Assembly: GCA_965267575.1 (NCBI GenBank)
Contig: OZ254086.1
Coordinates: forward strand, 3,584,001-3,648,000
Length of the DNA stretch: 64,000 bases
Direction of reading: 5' to 3'
Source: Calditrichales bacterium
GTDB lineage: Bacteria; Calditrichota; Calditrichia; Calditrichales; J004
The translations under genes and the position numbers were made by a program. A model generated the notes under the pieces. It worked only from the letters and a program-made list of their open reading frames with translations. It ran no database searches and was not told the DNA's origin. Positions 48,875-58,190 of this stretch are shown piece after piece (position 1 is the stretch's first letter; each line of letters begins with the position of its first letter).

Positions 48875-50176
48875 ATGGCAAAAAAGACAGACCATGATAA
48901 TATTTCTATATTAAAAACTGAAAATACACGCCTGAAGAAGGCCATCGAGGAGCTGTCGATTTTAAATGAAATTGCCACAGCTATTAACTCAATGGTTTCA
49001 TTGGATGACGTGGTAAATAAAATTGTGCGTCAGTGCGTAAAACATCTGCGGGTGGAGCAGGCGCTGGTCAGTCTTCTGGAAACCACGCCCGACCCCAAGG
49101 CACTGAAAACAGTTGTTCGATCGTCAGACAGCAAGGCCGACGGAATACCATTTCGCCTGGACAACCACCTCACCGGCTGGATGCTTCACCACCGCAAAGC
49201 GCTAATTATAAATGATCTTAAAAATGATGAGCGTTTTAAAGGCTATAGCGAAGATTTTCCCATCCGCTCCCTGCTTTCCGTGCCGCTGATTTTAAACAAC
49301 CGCATGATAGGTGTTTTAAGTGTTTTTAATAAAAGCAATGACGAAACCTTTACGGCTGATCATCAGCGGATTTTATCAATAATTGCGACACAATCGGCAC
49401 AGGTTATTGAAAACGCCCGGTTGCTCAAAGAAGAGCATGAATTGCGGCAGATTCGCGAAGAAATGCGTTTAGCGAATGAAATCCAGAAGACGCTGTTACC
49501 TTCTGAAGCGCCGAAGGTGGCGGGTTATGATATTGCCGGCGTCAGCGTGCCTGCAAAAGACGTGGGCGGAGATTATTTCGATTTCTTCCATGTGGATGAT
49601 AAAAAACTGGCTTTTTGCCTGGGCGATGTGACAGGAAAGGGCATGCCCGCAGCACTGCTGATGTCTAACCTGCAAGCGATTATCCGGGGCCAGGCTATCG
49701 CCCACTCGGACTCTGCGCGACAATGCATGGCCACTGCCAACTATGTGCTTTTTCAGAATACGTCATCCAATAAGTTTGCAACCGTTTTTTACGGTATTTT
49801 GGATTTTGAGCGACATGTCCTCACTTATTGTAACGCCGGCCATGACAGACCTTATTACAAGGTGCCGGGAAGATCTTTCAGGGAGTTGGAGAGGGGCGGG
49901 GTGGTTTTGGGTTTTATGCCAAAAATGGAATACGAGCAGGAGACGATCGCATTTGAGCCCGGAGCCAAGTTGATTGTTTTCAGCGATGGCGTTACCGAAG
50001 CGATGAATGAGCTCAGCGAGGAATTCGGCATTGAGAGACTAAAAAAGCTTATCGATGAATATGACGATCTCAGCGCCGGAGAGTTTATCGATATTGTTAT
50101 CGAGAGTATCCAGACACACAGCCAGGGGATAGCACAATCCGATGATATCACGATAATGGTTATTCGCCGCCTTTAA
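48875..50176 (+). CDS. GAF + PP2C (SpoIIE/RsbU-like) phosphatase
   Basis: GAF 'SLLSVPL..IGVLSVFNK'; 'VGGDYFD', 'GDVTGKG', 'FSDGVTEA', 'DDIT'. Confidence 0.92.
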   Translation: MAKKTDHDNISILKTENTRLKKAIEELSILNEIATAINSMVSLDDVVNKIVRQCVKHLRVEQALVSLLETTPDPKALKTVVRSSDSKADGIPFRLDNHLTGWMLHHRKALIINDLKNDERFKGYSEDFPIRSLLSVPLILNNRMIGVLSVFNKSNDETFTADHQRILSIIATQSAQVIENARLLKEEHELRQIREEMRLANEIQKTLLPSEAPKVAGYDIAGVSVPAKDVGGDYFDFFHVDDKKLAFCLGDVTGKGMPAALLMSNLQAIIRGQAIAHSDSARQCMATANYVLFQNTSSNKFATVFYGILDFERHVLTYCNAGHDRPYYKVPGRSFRELERGGVVLGFMPKMEYEQETIAFEPGAKLIVFSDGVTEAMNELSEEFGIERLKKLIDEYDDLSAGEFIDIVIESIQTHSQGIAQSDDITIMVIRRL

Positions 50177-50190
50177 AACAGGAGACCGTT

Positions 50191-50310
50191 ATGAAACCTG
50201 AAATATTACTTATTGTAATGGCTTCTTTTGTGATGGGTTATCACTTTAACAACCTGGTAAACAGCGAGCAAAGCGAGCCTAAGCGTCCAGTACCTCGCGC
50301 ACTTTCTTGA
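50191..50310 (+). CDS. Possible 39-aa small membrane peptide
   Basis: AGGAG RBS then MKPEILLIVMASFVMGYHFNN...; the 3' end overlaps the convergent kinase gene. Confidence 0.4.
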   Translation: MKPEILLIVMASFVMGYHFNNLVNSEQSEPKRPVPRALS

Positions 50311-52243
50311 GAAGATCAACGGGGGTAAACGGCTTCTGAATAAACTTTGTGTCCGGGTCGAGAATGCCATGATGATCGATGGCGCTGTCCGTATAGCCGG
50401 ACATGAAAAGTACCCTCGTCTCCGGGTTCATTTCATCAAGGCTCTGAATAAACTGCTTTCCGCTCATTTGCGGCATTATTACATCTGTTAATATAAGCTT
50501 GATACTATCCCTGTTTCGATTATAAATATCGATAGCGTCTTTCCCGTTGTCAGCTTCAATAATCCGGTATCCAAAGCTTTCCAGCATCTCGCACACCAGT
50601 TCTCGCACCTGTTCTTCATCTTCCACAACAAGGATGGTTTCGTTGCCGTCAACCGCGGTTTGTCCGCTTTGCTCATTGTTCTCGGCAACCTGATGCTGGC
50701 GCGATTGTACCTCGTCAACAACTCGCGGCATCAATATTCTGAAGACCGTTCCCTGGCCGACATCGCTGTCTACCATGATGTAGCCATTGCTCTGTTTAAC
50801 GATACCGTAAACGGTGGACAAGCCAAGACCGGTGCCCTTGCCCTGATCTTTGGTGGTAAAGAAAGGCTCAAAAATGCGTGCGATGGTCGTGTTGTCCATG
50901 CCGCATCCGTTGTCACGGATAGTCAGAAAGACATAATTGCCGGGCTGCGAACCTTTATGCATTCTCGATTCTTCTTCGGTTAAAACGCCGTTGGCTGTCT
51001 CGATAGTCAGTTTGCCGCCATTGGGCATGGCATCCCTGGCATTTACAACAAGATTCATCAGCACCTGCTCAATCTGTCCGGGGTCGGCCACGATTTTACT
51101 TGTATTGGGGTCGAGATTGGTTTTGAGTTCAATATTCTCACCGATAAGGCGGCGCAGCATTTTCTCCAGATCGGAAATAAGCAGATTAATGTCCACTTTC
51201 TGCGGCTGCAAGATCTGTTTCCGGCTGAAAGCCAGCAACTGGCGTGTAAGCGCGGCGGCCCGTTCAGCCGCCTTGCTGATTTGCAGTATCTTTTTGCGCT
51301 GCGGATCTTCTTCCAGAGTCGTTTTCAGCAGGTTGTCGGCATAACCGGAAATAACAATCAAAAGATTGTTAAAATCGTGTGCGACGCCACCGGCCAGCTG
51401 ACCAACCGCTTCCATTTTTTGTGACTGGCGTAATTGCTCCTCTAGCTGCTTGCGTTCTGTAATATCCTTACCAACAATAATAACCAGCGCCGGCGTGCCC
51501 TGGTCATCATTTATGGTTGAAGTGGAAAGAGAGAACGGAAAAAGGCGGCTGTCTTTTGTCCGGCAGCGAATTTCGCCTTCCCATTTTCCGCTCTTCAGCG
51601 TTCGGGGTCTGATTTCCTGGGCAAATTTTTCGGGCCGCTGGCAAAGATGCTCAAAGTTTACATTTTTGAGCTCTTTTTTACTGAATTGGAAAGATTTCTG
51701 AAAAGCTTTATTGCTGAATATGATGCTGCCTTCCAGATCTGTGATGCAGAGGCACTCACTAATGCTCATCATGGCGTGGGCCAGCATCGTTATCTCAACT
51801 TCCGTGCGCCGTTTTTCAACAATGTCTTTTATGGTTGCAATAAAAAAGCATTCACCGCTCAGATTGCATATGGTCAGGCCCAGCTCCATTAGAAAGGCGC
51901 TTTTCTGCAGGCCGATGGCGGCAAGTTCCATGTTTTCAACTGGTGTAGTGCCTTCCGGGGCCGAAACGGAAAAGTGCTTCAGAAGGTTTATAAACCTGTC
52001 GCGCGTGCTGGGCGGCAGAAGCTCGCCAAAAGACATTCCGCGCAGCTGGTCTTTCTCATCCCTGAAGACATCTCGGGCCTTGTCATTCAGCATTAGAATG
52101 TGACCCTCGTTGTCCAGCAGCAACAGAGCTTCGTTGCTGGTATGAATAACCGCGTCCAGTAGGAGATTTACTTTTTGAGAAAGGGAATCAATATCATTGT
52201 TGTGCGGCAGGATCGCCGTATCTGTTTCTTCCCTGATTGCCAT
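50279..52243 (-). CDS. PAS-PAS hybrid histidine kinase/receiver (CckA-like)
   Basis: H-box 'GGVAHDFNN', 'NLVVNARDA', 'FFTTK..GKGTGLGL', receiver 'LTDVIMP...QKPF'. Confidence 0.93.
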   Translation of the reverse strand: MAIREETDTAILPHNNDIDSLSQKVNLLLDAVIHTSNEALLLLDNEGHILMLNDKARDVFRDEKDQLRGMSFGELLPPSTRDRFINLLKHFSVSAPEGTTPVENMELAAIGLQKSAFLMELGLTICNLSGECFFIATIKDIVEKRRTEVEITMLAHAMMSISECLCITDLEGSIIFSNKAFQKSFQFSKKELKNVNFEHLCQRPEKFAQEIRPRTLKSGKWEGEIRCRTKDSRLFPFSLSTSTINDDQGTPALVIIVGKDITERKQLEEQLRQSQKMEAVGQLAGGVAHDFNNLLIVISGYADNLLKTTLEEDPQRKKILQISKAAERAAALTRQLLAFSRKQILQPQKVDINLLISDLEKMLRRLIGENIELKTNLDPNTSKIVADPGQIEQVLMNLVVNARDAMPNGGKLTIETANGVLTEEESRMHKGSQPGNYVFLTIRDNGCGMDNTTIARIFEPFFTTKDQGKGTGLGLSTVYGIVKQSNGYIMVDSDVGQGTVFRILMPRVVDEVQSRQHQVAENNEQSGQTAVDGNETILVVEDEEQVRELVCEMLESFGYRIIEADNGKDAIDIYNRNRDSIKLILTDVIMPQMSGKQFIQSLDEMNPETRVLFMSGYTDSAIDHHGILDPDTKFIQKPFTPVDLLKKVREVLDA

Positions 52244-52349
52244 AAAAAAGAGTTTCCGCTTTGTTAAAGTAAAACCGGTTTTAACCTATATTAATAAGTT
52301 AATGCAAGGGTAATCGTCTTTATTGTGAAAGGGTTTAGATAATAGCAAT

Positions 52350-53990
52350 ATGCGAACAATATTTAAAACTCTGTTTATTATTTGTTTAACGTGCATTTTA
52401 GCCGCAGGCGGGCTTTTTGCGCAAAGCCGTCCGGACAGCGTGAACGTCTCCGAAAAATATCTCAGGGCAGGTCTGACGAAAATGTTGCACCAGTTAAAAG
52501 CCGGCGATAGAGACAGCGCGGAGGTCTGGTTTTATGAAAACTATAATGCTTTAAAACAAAAAGGCATGCTGGCCGATTCCGTTATTCGCCGCATGATGCA
52601 TAAACCGGCAACCGGGCTGGACTCGCTTGATGCGCCAAAAACGGCGGATGCGCTCACGAAAGACCTGAAAGATTTTATCCGGCGGGAAGCGCATCAGATA
52701 GCCGCGACCCTGGGTGAAAAGGGCGCCGACCTTCTACCGGAAGACTTCCTAGAGGACGTGGAAAAGTATGTGATATTATTTACGGAAAATGAACAATACC
52801 GCAGGTTTTTCCAAGATGCCCTGGTTCGGTCGCGTAAATATGCGGCAGCTTTTGATGCGCAGTTCAGTAAAAGAGGCTTTCCCCCTGAAATTATTTATTT
52901 CGCGATAGTTGAGTCCGGCTTTGATCCCAATGCTATAAGCAAAGCGGGCGCGGCAGGCATGTTCCAGTTTATGCCCGGTACGGCGAGGGACTACGGCCTG
53001 CAGGTAACTCCGCAAAACGACGAGCGGTTTTCGGCGCTGAAAAGTGCAGCCGCTTCCGCGGAATATATGATGGACCTCTATCTGGAGTTGGGCTCGCTGA
53101 ATCTGGCGTTGGCCTCTTACAATGGGGGCGCCGCAAAAACCCGCCGTGCCCTGCGTCAGCTTGAAAATGTTTCCGAACGCAATTTCTGGACCCTGCGCCA
53201 AAAGAAGACCTTGTTTGAAGAAACGCAGGAGTACGTGCCACAGATCTTTGCAGCGATCATTTTGTCGCGCGGCAATAATGCATCGCGCTTCGGTTTTGGC
53301 GATCCCGGCGTTCCTGAAAGCGGCACCTATGAGATATTCTATTTACCGCAACAGGTTGATCTCATTATGCTCGCGGCTGATTGTGCGGTAAATATGAATG
53401 ATATCTACGAATATAACGCGGATATTGACGCCTCCAGTGGAAAGACCCCGGCCAGGGTGGCGGACTACCCCTTGTTTATCCCTTCTTCAAAAGCAGGTTG
53501 TGCGCGGAGCTGGCTTAATGAGCAGCTTGGCAGGCACTTTGCCTTTGATGGCTCCGATCAGACTGAAATCCCACAAAAGACAGAAACAAAAAGGGCAGAG
53601 GCCCCGGAAAAGAAAAAGATAACCCGCCCGAAAAAGAGGTTTGCCGAGTCATCCGTTGTGGAGAAGCGTGAATTAAAGGCGGGAGACGAGATCGAATATC
53701 GTGTTATTCGCGGCAATACGCTTTTTATGCTGGCGCGTATTTTTAATGTGGACGCTGACAATATTATGGAGTGGAATGACCTGCGCTTTAAATCACTTAA
53801 AGAAAACCAGGTTTTGCGCATCAAAATTGAAAAACCCCTGACACATTATATATACAGGGTGCCGGAGAAGAGCACTTTCAGTGATCTTGCCTCGCAATTT
53901 GATATACCGTCCACGGTTCTTAAGCGCACCAATGACTTTGATAAGGGTATGATGCAGGCCGGTGATACCCTGAATGTCTATATTTTTTGA
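52350..53990 (+). CDS. Lytic transglycosylase (SLT, MltD-like) with LysM domains
   Basis: 'AIVESGFDPNAISKAGAAGMFQFMP', 'ASYNGG', 'ETQEYVP'; C-terminal LysM-like repeats. Confidence 0.88.
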   Translation: MRTIFKTLFIICLTCILAAGGLFAQSRPDSVNVSEKYLRAGLTKMLHQLKAGDRDSAEVWFYENYNALKQKGMLADSVIRRMMHKPATGLDSLDAPKTADALTKDLKDFIRREAHQIAATLGEKGADLLPEDFLEDVEKYVILFTENEQYRRFFQDALVRSRKYAAAFDAQFSKRGFPPEIIYFAIVESGFDPNAISKAGAAGMFQFMPGTARDYGLQVTPQNDERFSALKSAAASAEYMMDLYLELGSLNLALASYNGGAAKTRRALRQLENVSERNFWTLRQKKTLFEETQEYVPQIFAAIILSRGNNASRFGFGDPGVPESGTYEIFYLPQQVDLIMLAADCAVNMNDIYEYNADIDASSGKTPARVADYPLFIPSSKAGCARSWLNEQLGRHFAFDGSDQTEIPQKTETKRAEAPEKKKITRPKKRFAESSVVEKRELKAGDEIEYRVIRGNTLFMLARIFNVDADNIMEWNDLRFKSLKENQVLRIKIEKPLTHYIYRVPEKSTFSDLASQFDIPSTVLKRTNDFDKGMMQAGDTLNVYIF

Positions 53991-54266
53991 TTGTCGCTTC
54001 CGCTATTCTTTACCGCTATTTTTAAAAATGATCAGATATTGACCAAACACTACCATCCAGACAAAACGATCTGTTTTTATTTTCAACACCACAAGCACAA
54101 TAAAAACAATCACTTAACCATTTATTATTAAAAAAAGTGAAGTTTTTTTTAAAAATGCATTTAAGAAGCCCCGGGTGCCTGCGACCTGTACAGTAAAGCG
54201 AAACAGAAAAAGAAATTCGGATCGCAAGAAAGTTTAACCCAATCAACCCAAACAAGGAGGTTTTAC

Positions 54267-55091
54267 ATGGATAGCAGCTTAACCCGTGTAGCTTCGAACA
54301 TTCAGGCCATGCAGTCACTGTACCACCTGAATAAAACCAATAACCGTATAGCCGACCATCAAATGCGTCTGGCAACCGGTAAACGCATCAATTCACCTGG
54401 CGATGACCCTGCAGGTTATCAGCTGAGCCGTGGATTGGAAGCCCGTCGTCGTGGTCTGGAAGTAGCTCTGGACAACGTAAGCAACGCTCAGAACATTCTG
54501 AACATCGCTGAAGGCGGCTACTCCAATATTATGGACATTCTGCAAACAATGAAGCAGAAAGCCACACAGGCAGCAGACGGTAGTCTCGGTTCCACCCAGC
54601 GTACGGCTATCAACGATCAGTATAGCGCTCTGGCTACGGAAATTGACCAGATCGTTTCTGAAACGACCTTCAATGATGACGGTCTCATCGACGGTGGCTT
54701 CGCGGTAACTTTCCAGACAGGCGAAGGCGGCTCTGAAACATTGAGCGTTTCCTTGTCCGGTGCTTCAACCGCAGACCTCGGCATTAACAGCGTAAGTCTC
54801 TCGTCGCAGGCAAGTGCTTCCGCCGCGATTACCACGCTGGACACCGCCATTAATACACTGGCTACTCGCGCCCAGGACATCGGTGAATACAAGTCGCGCC
54901 TGACTTCTAAAGAAGCCACTTTGAGCACGGCTATCACCAACACCGAAGCGGTACGCAGTAACTACGAAGATGCGGACTTTGCCAAGGAGCAAATGGAAGT
55001 GATGAAGTTGCAGATCATGCAGCAGACAGCAGTCTCTTCACTGTCCCAGGCGAACTCGTCCCCGCAATTGGTTCTGTCACTCTTCAGATAA
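54267..55091 (+). CDS. fliC: Flagellin (short, lacking a large variable domain)
   Basis: 'RLATGKRINSPGDDPAG', 'NIAEGG', 'DADFAKEQ...QANSSPQLVLSLFR'. Confidence 0.95.
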   Translation: MDSSLTRVASNIQAMQSLYHLNKTNNRIADHQMRLATGKRINSPGDDPAGYQLSRGLEARRRGLEVALDNVSNAQNILNIAEGGYSNIMDILQTMKQKATQAADGSLGSTQRTAINDQYSALATEIDQIVSETTFNDDGLIDGGFAVTFQTGEGGSETLSVSLSGASTADLGINSVSLSSQASASAAITTLDTAINTLATRAQDIGEYKSRLTSKEATLSTAITNTEAVRSNYEDADFAKEQMEVMKLQIMQQTAVSSLSQANSSPQLVLSLFR

Positions 55092-55112
55092 ACCGAAGCG
55101 GAAACAACACAC

Positions 55113-55142
55113 AGGGGCCGGGTCCAAGACCCCGCCCCTTTT
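55113..55142 (+). terminator. Intrinsic terminator after flagellin
   Basis: AGGGGCCGGGTC-CAA-GACCCCGCCCCT followed by TTT. Confidence 0.7.
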
Positions 55143-55166
55143 CTAGGTTGAACAGGAGCATAAACG

Positions 55167-55502
55167 ATGATACCAGCACAACGCAGCATTAAACCGAAAA
55201 CGAAGACAAACAACAATCCTTACCTGGCGCAGAAAGTTCTTTCGGCCAGCCCGGAGCAGCTCATCTCCTACATTCTGGACGCCGGTATCACCGCATGCAG
55301 GCAGCAAAACCGCGATAAAGCAACAAGGGCCGTTCAGCTCTTGATCAAATCGCTTAATTTCGATTACAAAGAAACGTCGATGACCTTCTATAATGTGTAC
55401 AGATATATCAATCATATTATTGGAAAAGGAAATTTTGCCGAAGCTAAAAAGAACCTGGAAGAAATAAAGGCTGCCTGGACTCAGGCACATAAGGTCGTTT
55501 AG
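55167..55502 (+). CDS. fliS: Flagellin chaperone FliS
   Basis: 'YLAQKVLSASPEQLI..LD..I', 'SLNFD...YRYI...IKAAW'. Confidence 0.85.
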   Translation: MIPAQRSIKPKTKTNNNPYLAQKVLSASPEQLISYILDAGITACRQQNRDKATRAVQLLIKSLNFDYKETSMTFYNVYRYINHIIGKGNFAEAKKNLEEIKAAWTQAHKVV

Positions 55503-55516
55503 TAAAGGAAACAATC

Positions 55517-57010
55517 ATGGATGCTTCATCAATATTCGGTGGTCAAAACTCGATACAATATCTGGTCGATCAGTATATGCGGCTGGAATCCATGCCCAAG
55601 GATAAACTGATCGGAAAGAAAAAGACGATCAATGATCATATCAAAGTTCTGTCCGATCTGGACTCCAAGTTATCGGCACTTAAAACCAAGCTGGACCGGA
55701 TGAATGACACGTTTACCGACTATTTTGGAGCCAAAAGCACAACTGTATCCAACGCCGATCTTTTTAAAGCAACCGCATCAGCAGAGGCAACAGTTGGAAA
55801 TCACATACTCAATGTAAATCGCCTGGCCGTAGCAGATACCCGCGTTTCAAATCAGTTTTCCAATAGTGCCAGCGATTTCACAGCGTACTCTACGGACCAG
55901 ACGTTCAGCATAGAAGTGGCCAGCCCAACGGATGAAGACCCCGACAACAGGGTTTCTATTGATGTGACTGTGGAAGCGGCCTTTTTCAGCGAAGACAACG
56001 AATCGGTTCTGTCTGCCGTACGAACGGCCGTTAATTCTGCCATGGACCAGGCTGTTGCCGACGGTGTTATCAAAAGGGAAGAGCGCATTCACGCTACGGT
56101 CGTCAGCGAAGAACCGGGTGTATCAAGGCTGTCGTTTAAAAGTGAGCGCAGTGGATACTCCTACAGAATGGATTTTGGCGCCAGCACTTTACTGGATGAC
56201 CTGAATATAAATAACACGGCACAGACCAGCGGTACTCAGGGCGGATATATGTATGATGTGGGCACCAGCCATAGTACTTCCAGCCTGAACTCGGAATTTG
56301 TGCTCGACGGACTGACGTTTTACAGGGATTCGAACAGCATTACGGATGCTGTCGACGGTGTAACCTTTCAGTTGCTGGACACGTTCGCTTCCCAGGAGAC
56401 GGTAACGGTTAACACGGATGTGGAAGCCGTGAAAGAAGAGGTTCAAAGCTTTATAGATTCCTACAACGAGGTTATCAATTTTCTGCGCAATAACGCGCAA
56501 TATAACCCGGCCACAAGCAAGGCCGGTGTACTTTCCAAGGATCTGGTTTACAGAAACCTGTCGGTGGATTTACGCAACGCGGTAATGGGAACGGTATCGG
56601 ATGTGACCTATTCGGAATACGATCTTCTTTATGATATAGGTATTGAAGCAGATCAACAGGGACGCTTATCGATTTCCGATGAAGACAAATTCACAACGGC
56701 ACTGGAAGACAATTCGGTTTATGTGTCCGATCTCTTCAAGGGCAGCGATGGGATCGCCAACAAAGTGAATGACCTGATCGTGGGCTTTACGGAGTCCGGC
56801 GGAACCATTAGCAGCAGCAAAAAACAGCTGAACAATGAGATTACGACATTAAACGATCGTATTCGCCTGATGAACGACATCCTCGACAAAAAGGAAAAGC
56901 AACTGTTTGAAGAATTTACTACATTGCAAAACACGATGTATACGCTTCAAAGCCAGCAAAGCTTTTTCAGCATGTTCACCAGCATGAATAACCAGCTACT
57001 CGGATTTTAA
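55517..57010 (+). CDS. fliD: Flagellar filament cap FliD
   Basis: 'LNVNRLA', 'SNSITDAVDGVTFQL', 'FIDSYNEV', C-terminal coiled coil. Confidence 0.9.
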   Translation: MDASSIFGGQNSIQYLVDQYMRLESMPKDKLIGKKKTINDHIKVLSDLDSKLSALKTKLDRMNDTFTDYFGAKSTTVSNADLFKATASAEATVGNHILNVNRLAVADTRVSNQFSNSASDFTAYSTDQTFSIEVASPTDEDPDNRVSIDVTVEAAFFSEDNESVLSAVRTAVNSAMDQAVADGVIKREERIHATVVSEEPGVSRLSFKSERSGYSYRMDFGASTLLDDLNINNTAQTSGTQGGYMYDVGTSHSTSSLNSEFVLDGLTFYRDSNSITDAVDGVTFQLLDTFASQETVTVNTDVEAVKEEVQSFIDSYNEVINFLRNNAQYNPATSKAGVLSKDLVYRNLSVDLRNAVMGTVSDVTYSEYDLLYDIGIEADQQGRLSISDEDKFTTALEDNSVYVSDLFKGSDGIANKVNDLIVGFTESGGTISSSKKQLNNEITTLNDRIRLMNDILDKKEKQLFEEFTTLQNTMYTLQSQQSFFSMFTSMNNQLLGF

Positions 57011-57021
57011 AGGAGGAAGTC

Positions 57022-57375
57022 ATGGATGACTTTACGATTCAAAAAGTTGCCGGAGCGGTAACTTCACCCGTGAAGGGAATTTCCGAGACAAAGGTGAGAA
57101 CTGAAATAAAGCGCGAAGAGAACGAAGAGAAGGCCGCACAGGAAAGCAGAGCGAATGCTAATGTGGAAGAAATCGTAGAAAAGATTCAGAAGCGGATCAG
57201 TTCTTACAACACGAGCCTTGAATTTAAGATGGACAAAGAGGGCAAACCGCCGATTGTGGTTGTGACGGATAAGGAAACGGGACAGGTGATACGGCAAATC
57301 CCCAGCGAAGAAGTGATCCAATTGCGCAACCGTATGGAAGATTTAATGGGCTTGATTTATAACGGGAGAATATGA
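57022..57375 (+). CDS. flaG: FlaG protein
   Basis: 'SLEFKMD...VVVTDKETGQVIRQIPSEE'. Confidence 0.9.
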   Translation: MDDFTIQKVAGAVTSPVKGISETKVRTEIKREENEEKAAQESRANANVEEIVEKIQKRISSYNTSLEFKMDKEGKPPIVVVTDKETGQVIRQIPSEEVIQLRNRMEDLMGLIYNGRI

Positions 57376-57809
57376 GCATGTTTCAGGAATTTGCAAATCC
57401 GGATAACTTTGATCTGGAAACGGTATTAAGGCAGGAAGTTGATTGTTTTAACTCCGTTCTGGCTATTTCCGAAAAGGTGGCCCGACAAGTGGATAAACTT
57501 GAAATCGGCGTATTGTCGGAAATGGTGGATTACCGCAAGGAGTGGATAGAGAAAATCCAGCACCTGGAACAGCAACGGCGCCAGCTTGATGATGGCGAGC
57601 GCAGCGAAGAAGCGGAAGAGCAGCTTCGAACCATCTCGGAATTGGCGGGCAAGCTCGTTAAAATTGACGACCGGATTTATAAAAATCTGGAAAAACGTAA
57701 ACAGGAATATGCCAAAAAGAGTGCGGCGATCGCCGGCCAGGCGCACTACGCGCGCAAACAGGCGGGTGGCAGTGATAATCCAAATAAACTGAATATAATT
57801 CAGGAGTAA
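57372..57809 (+). CDS. Helical flagellar chaperone-like protein (FlgN/FliT-like)
   Basis: Coiled-coil character and position within the fliS-fliD-flaG-flgM block. Confidence 0.55.
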   Translation: MSMFQEFANPDNFDLETVLRQEVDCFNSVLAISEKVARQVDKLEIGVLSEMVDYRKEWIEKIQHLEQQRRQLDDGERSEEAEEQLRTISELAGKLVKIDDRIYKNLEKRKQEYAKKSAAIAGQAHYARKQAGGSDNPNKLNIIQE

Positions 57810-57813
57810 GAAA

Positions 57814-58188
57814 ATGGGACCCATCAGAAATTTATTTTCGACGTCTCCTGATCTTAAGAAAACGGAATCGAACAAGAAGACGGCCCAGACCGACAAAAAG
57901 GTCAACGATAACGCTAAGGTAAACGACGCCGCAAAAAGCGGCAAAAAAGATCAGGTGCAAATCTCCGATGTCGGCCGCGAAATGCTGACATTAAAGATGG
58001 AAGCAGCCAGATATCTCCGTGATGTCAAAAGCAGCGAAGTTGTGAGTACGGAAGAGATAGAGGCGATCAAGGAACGTATTGCATCGCGCTACTATTTTGA
58101 CGATGAAGTAATAGATGATATCGTAGATAAACTGATTAGTCTGCCCAATTATACGCAGGGCAATTCGCCTTCTGAGCCGTACGAGTAA
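57814..58188 (+). CDS. flgM: Anti-sigma-28 factor FlgM-like protein
   Basis: 'DQVQISD' and 'IEAIKERIASRYY...IVDKLI' FlgM-like motifs. Confidence 0.7.
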   Translation: MGPIRNLFSTSPDLKKTESNKKTAQTDKKVNDNAKVNDAAKSGKKDQVQISDVGREMLTLKMEAARYLRDVKSSEVVSTEEIEAIKERIASRYYFDDEVIDDIVDKLISLPNYTQGNSPSEPYE

Positions 58189-58190
58189 GA

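Noticed and set aside
54160..54190. Sigma-28 promoter for flagellin
   Set aside because: TAAG-N15-GCGACCTG matches the GCCGATAA box too poorly to call.
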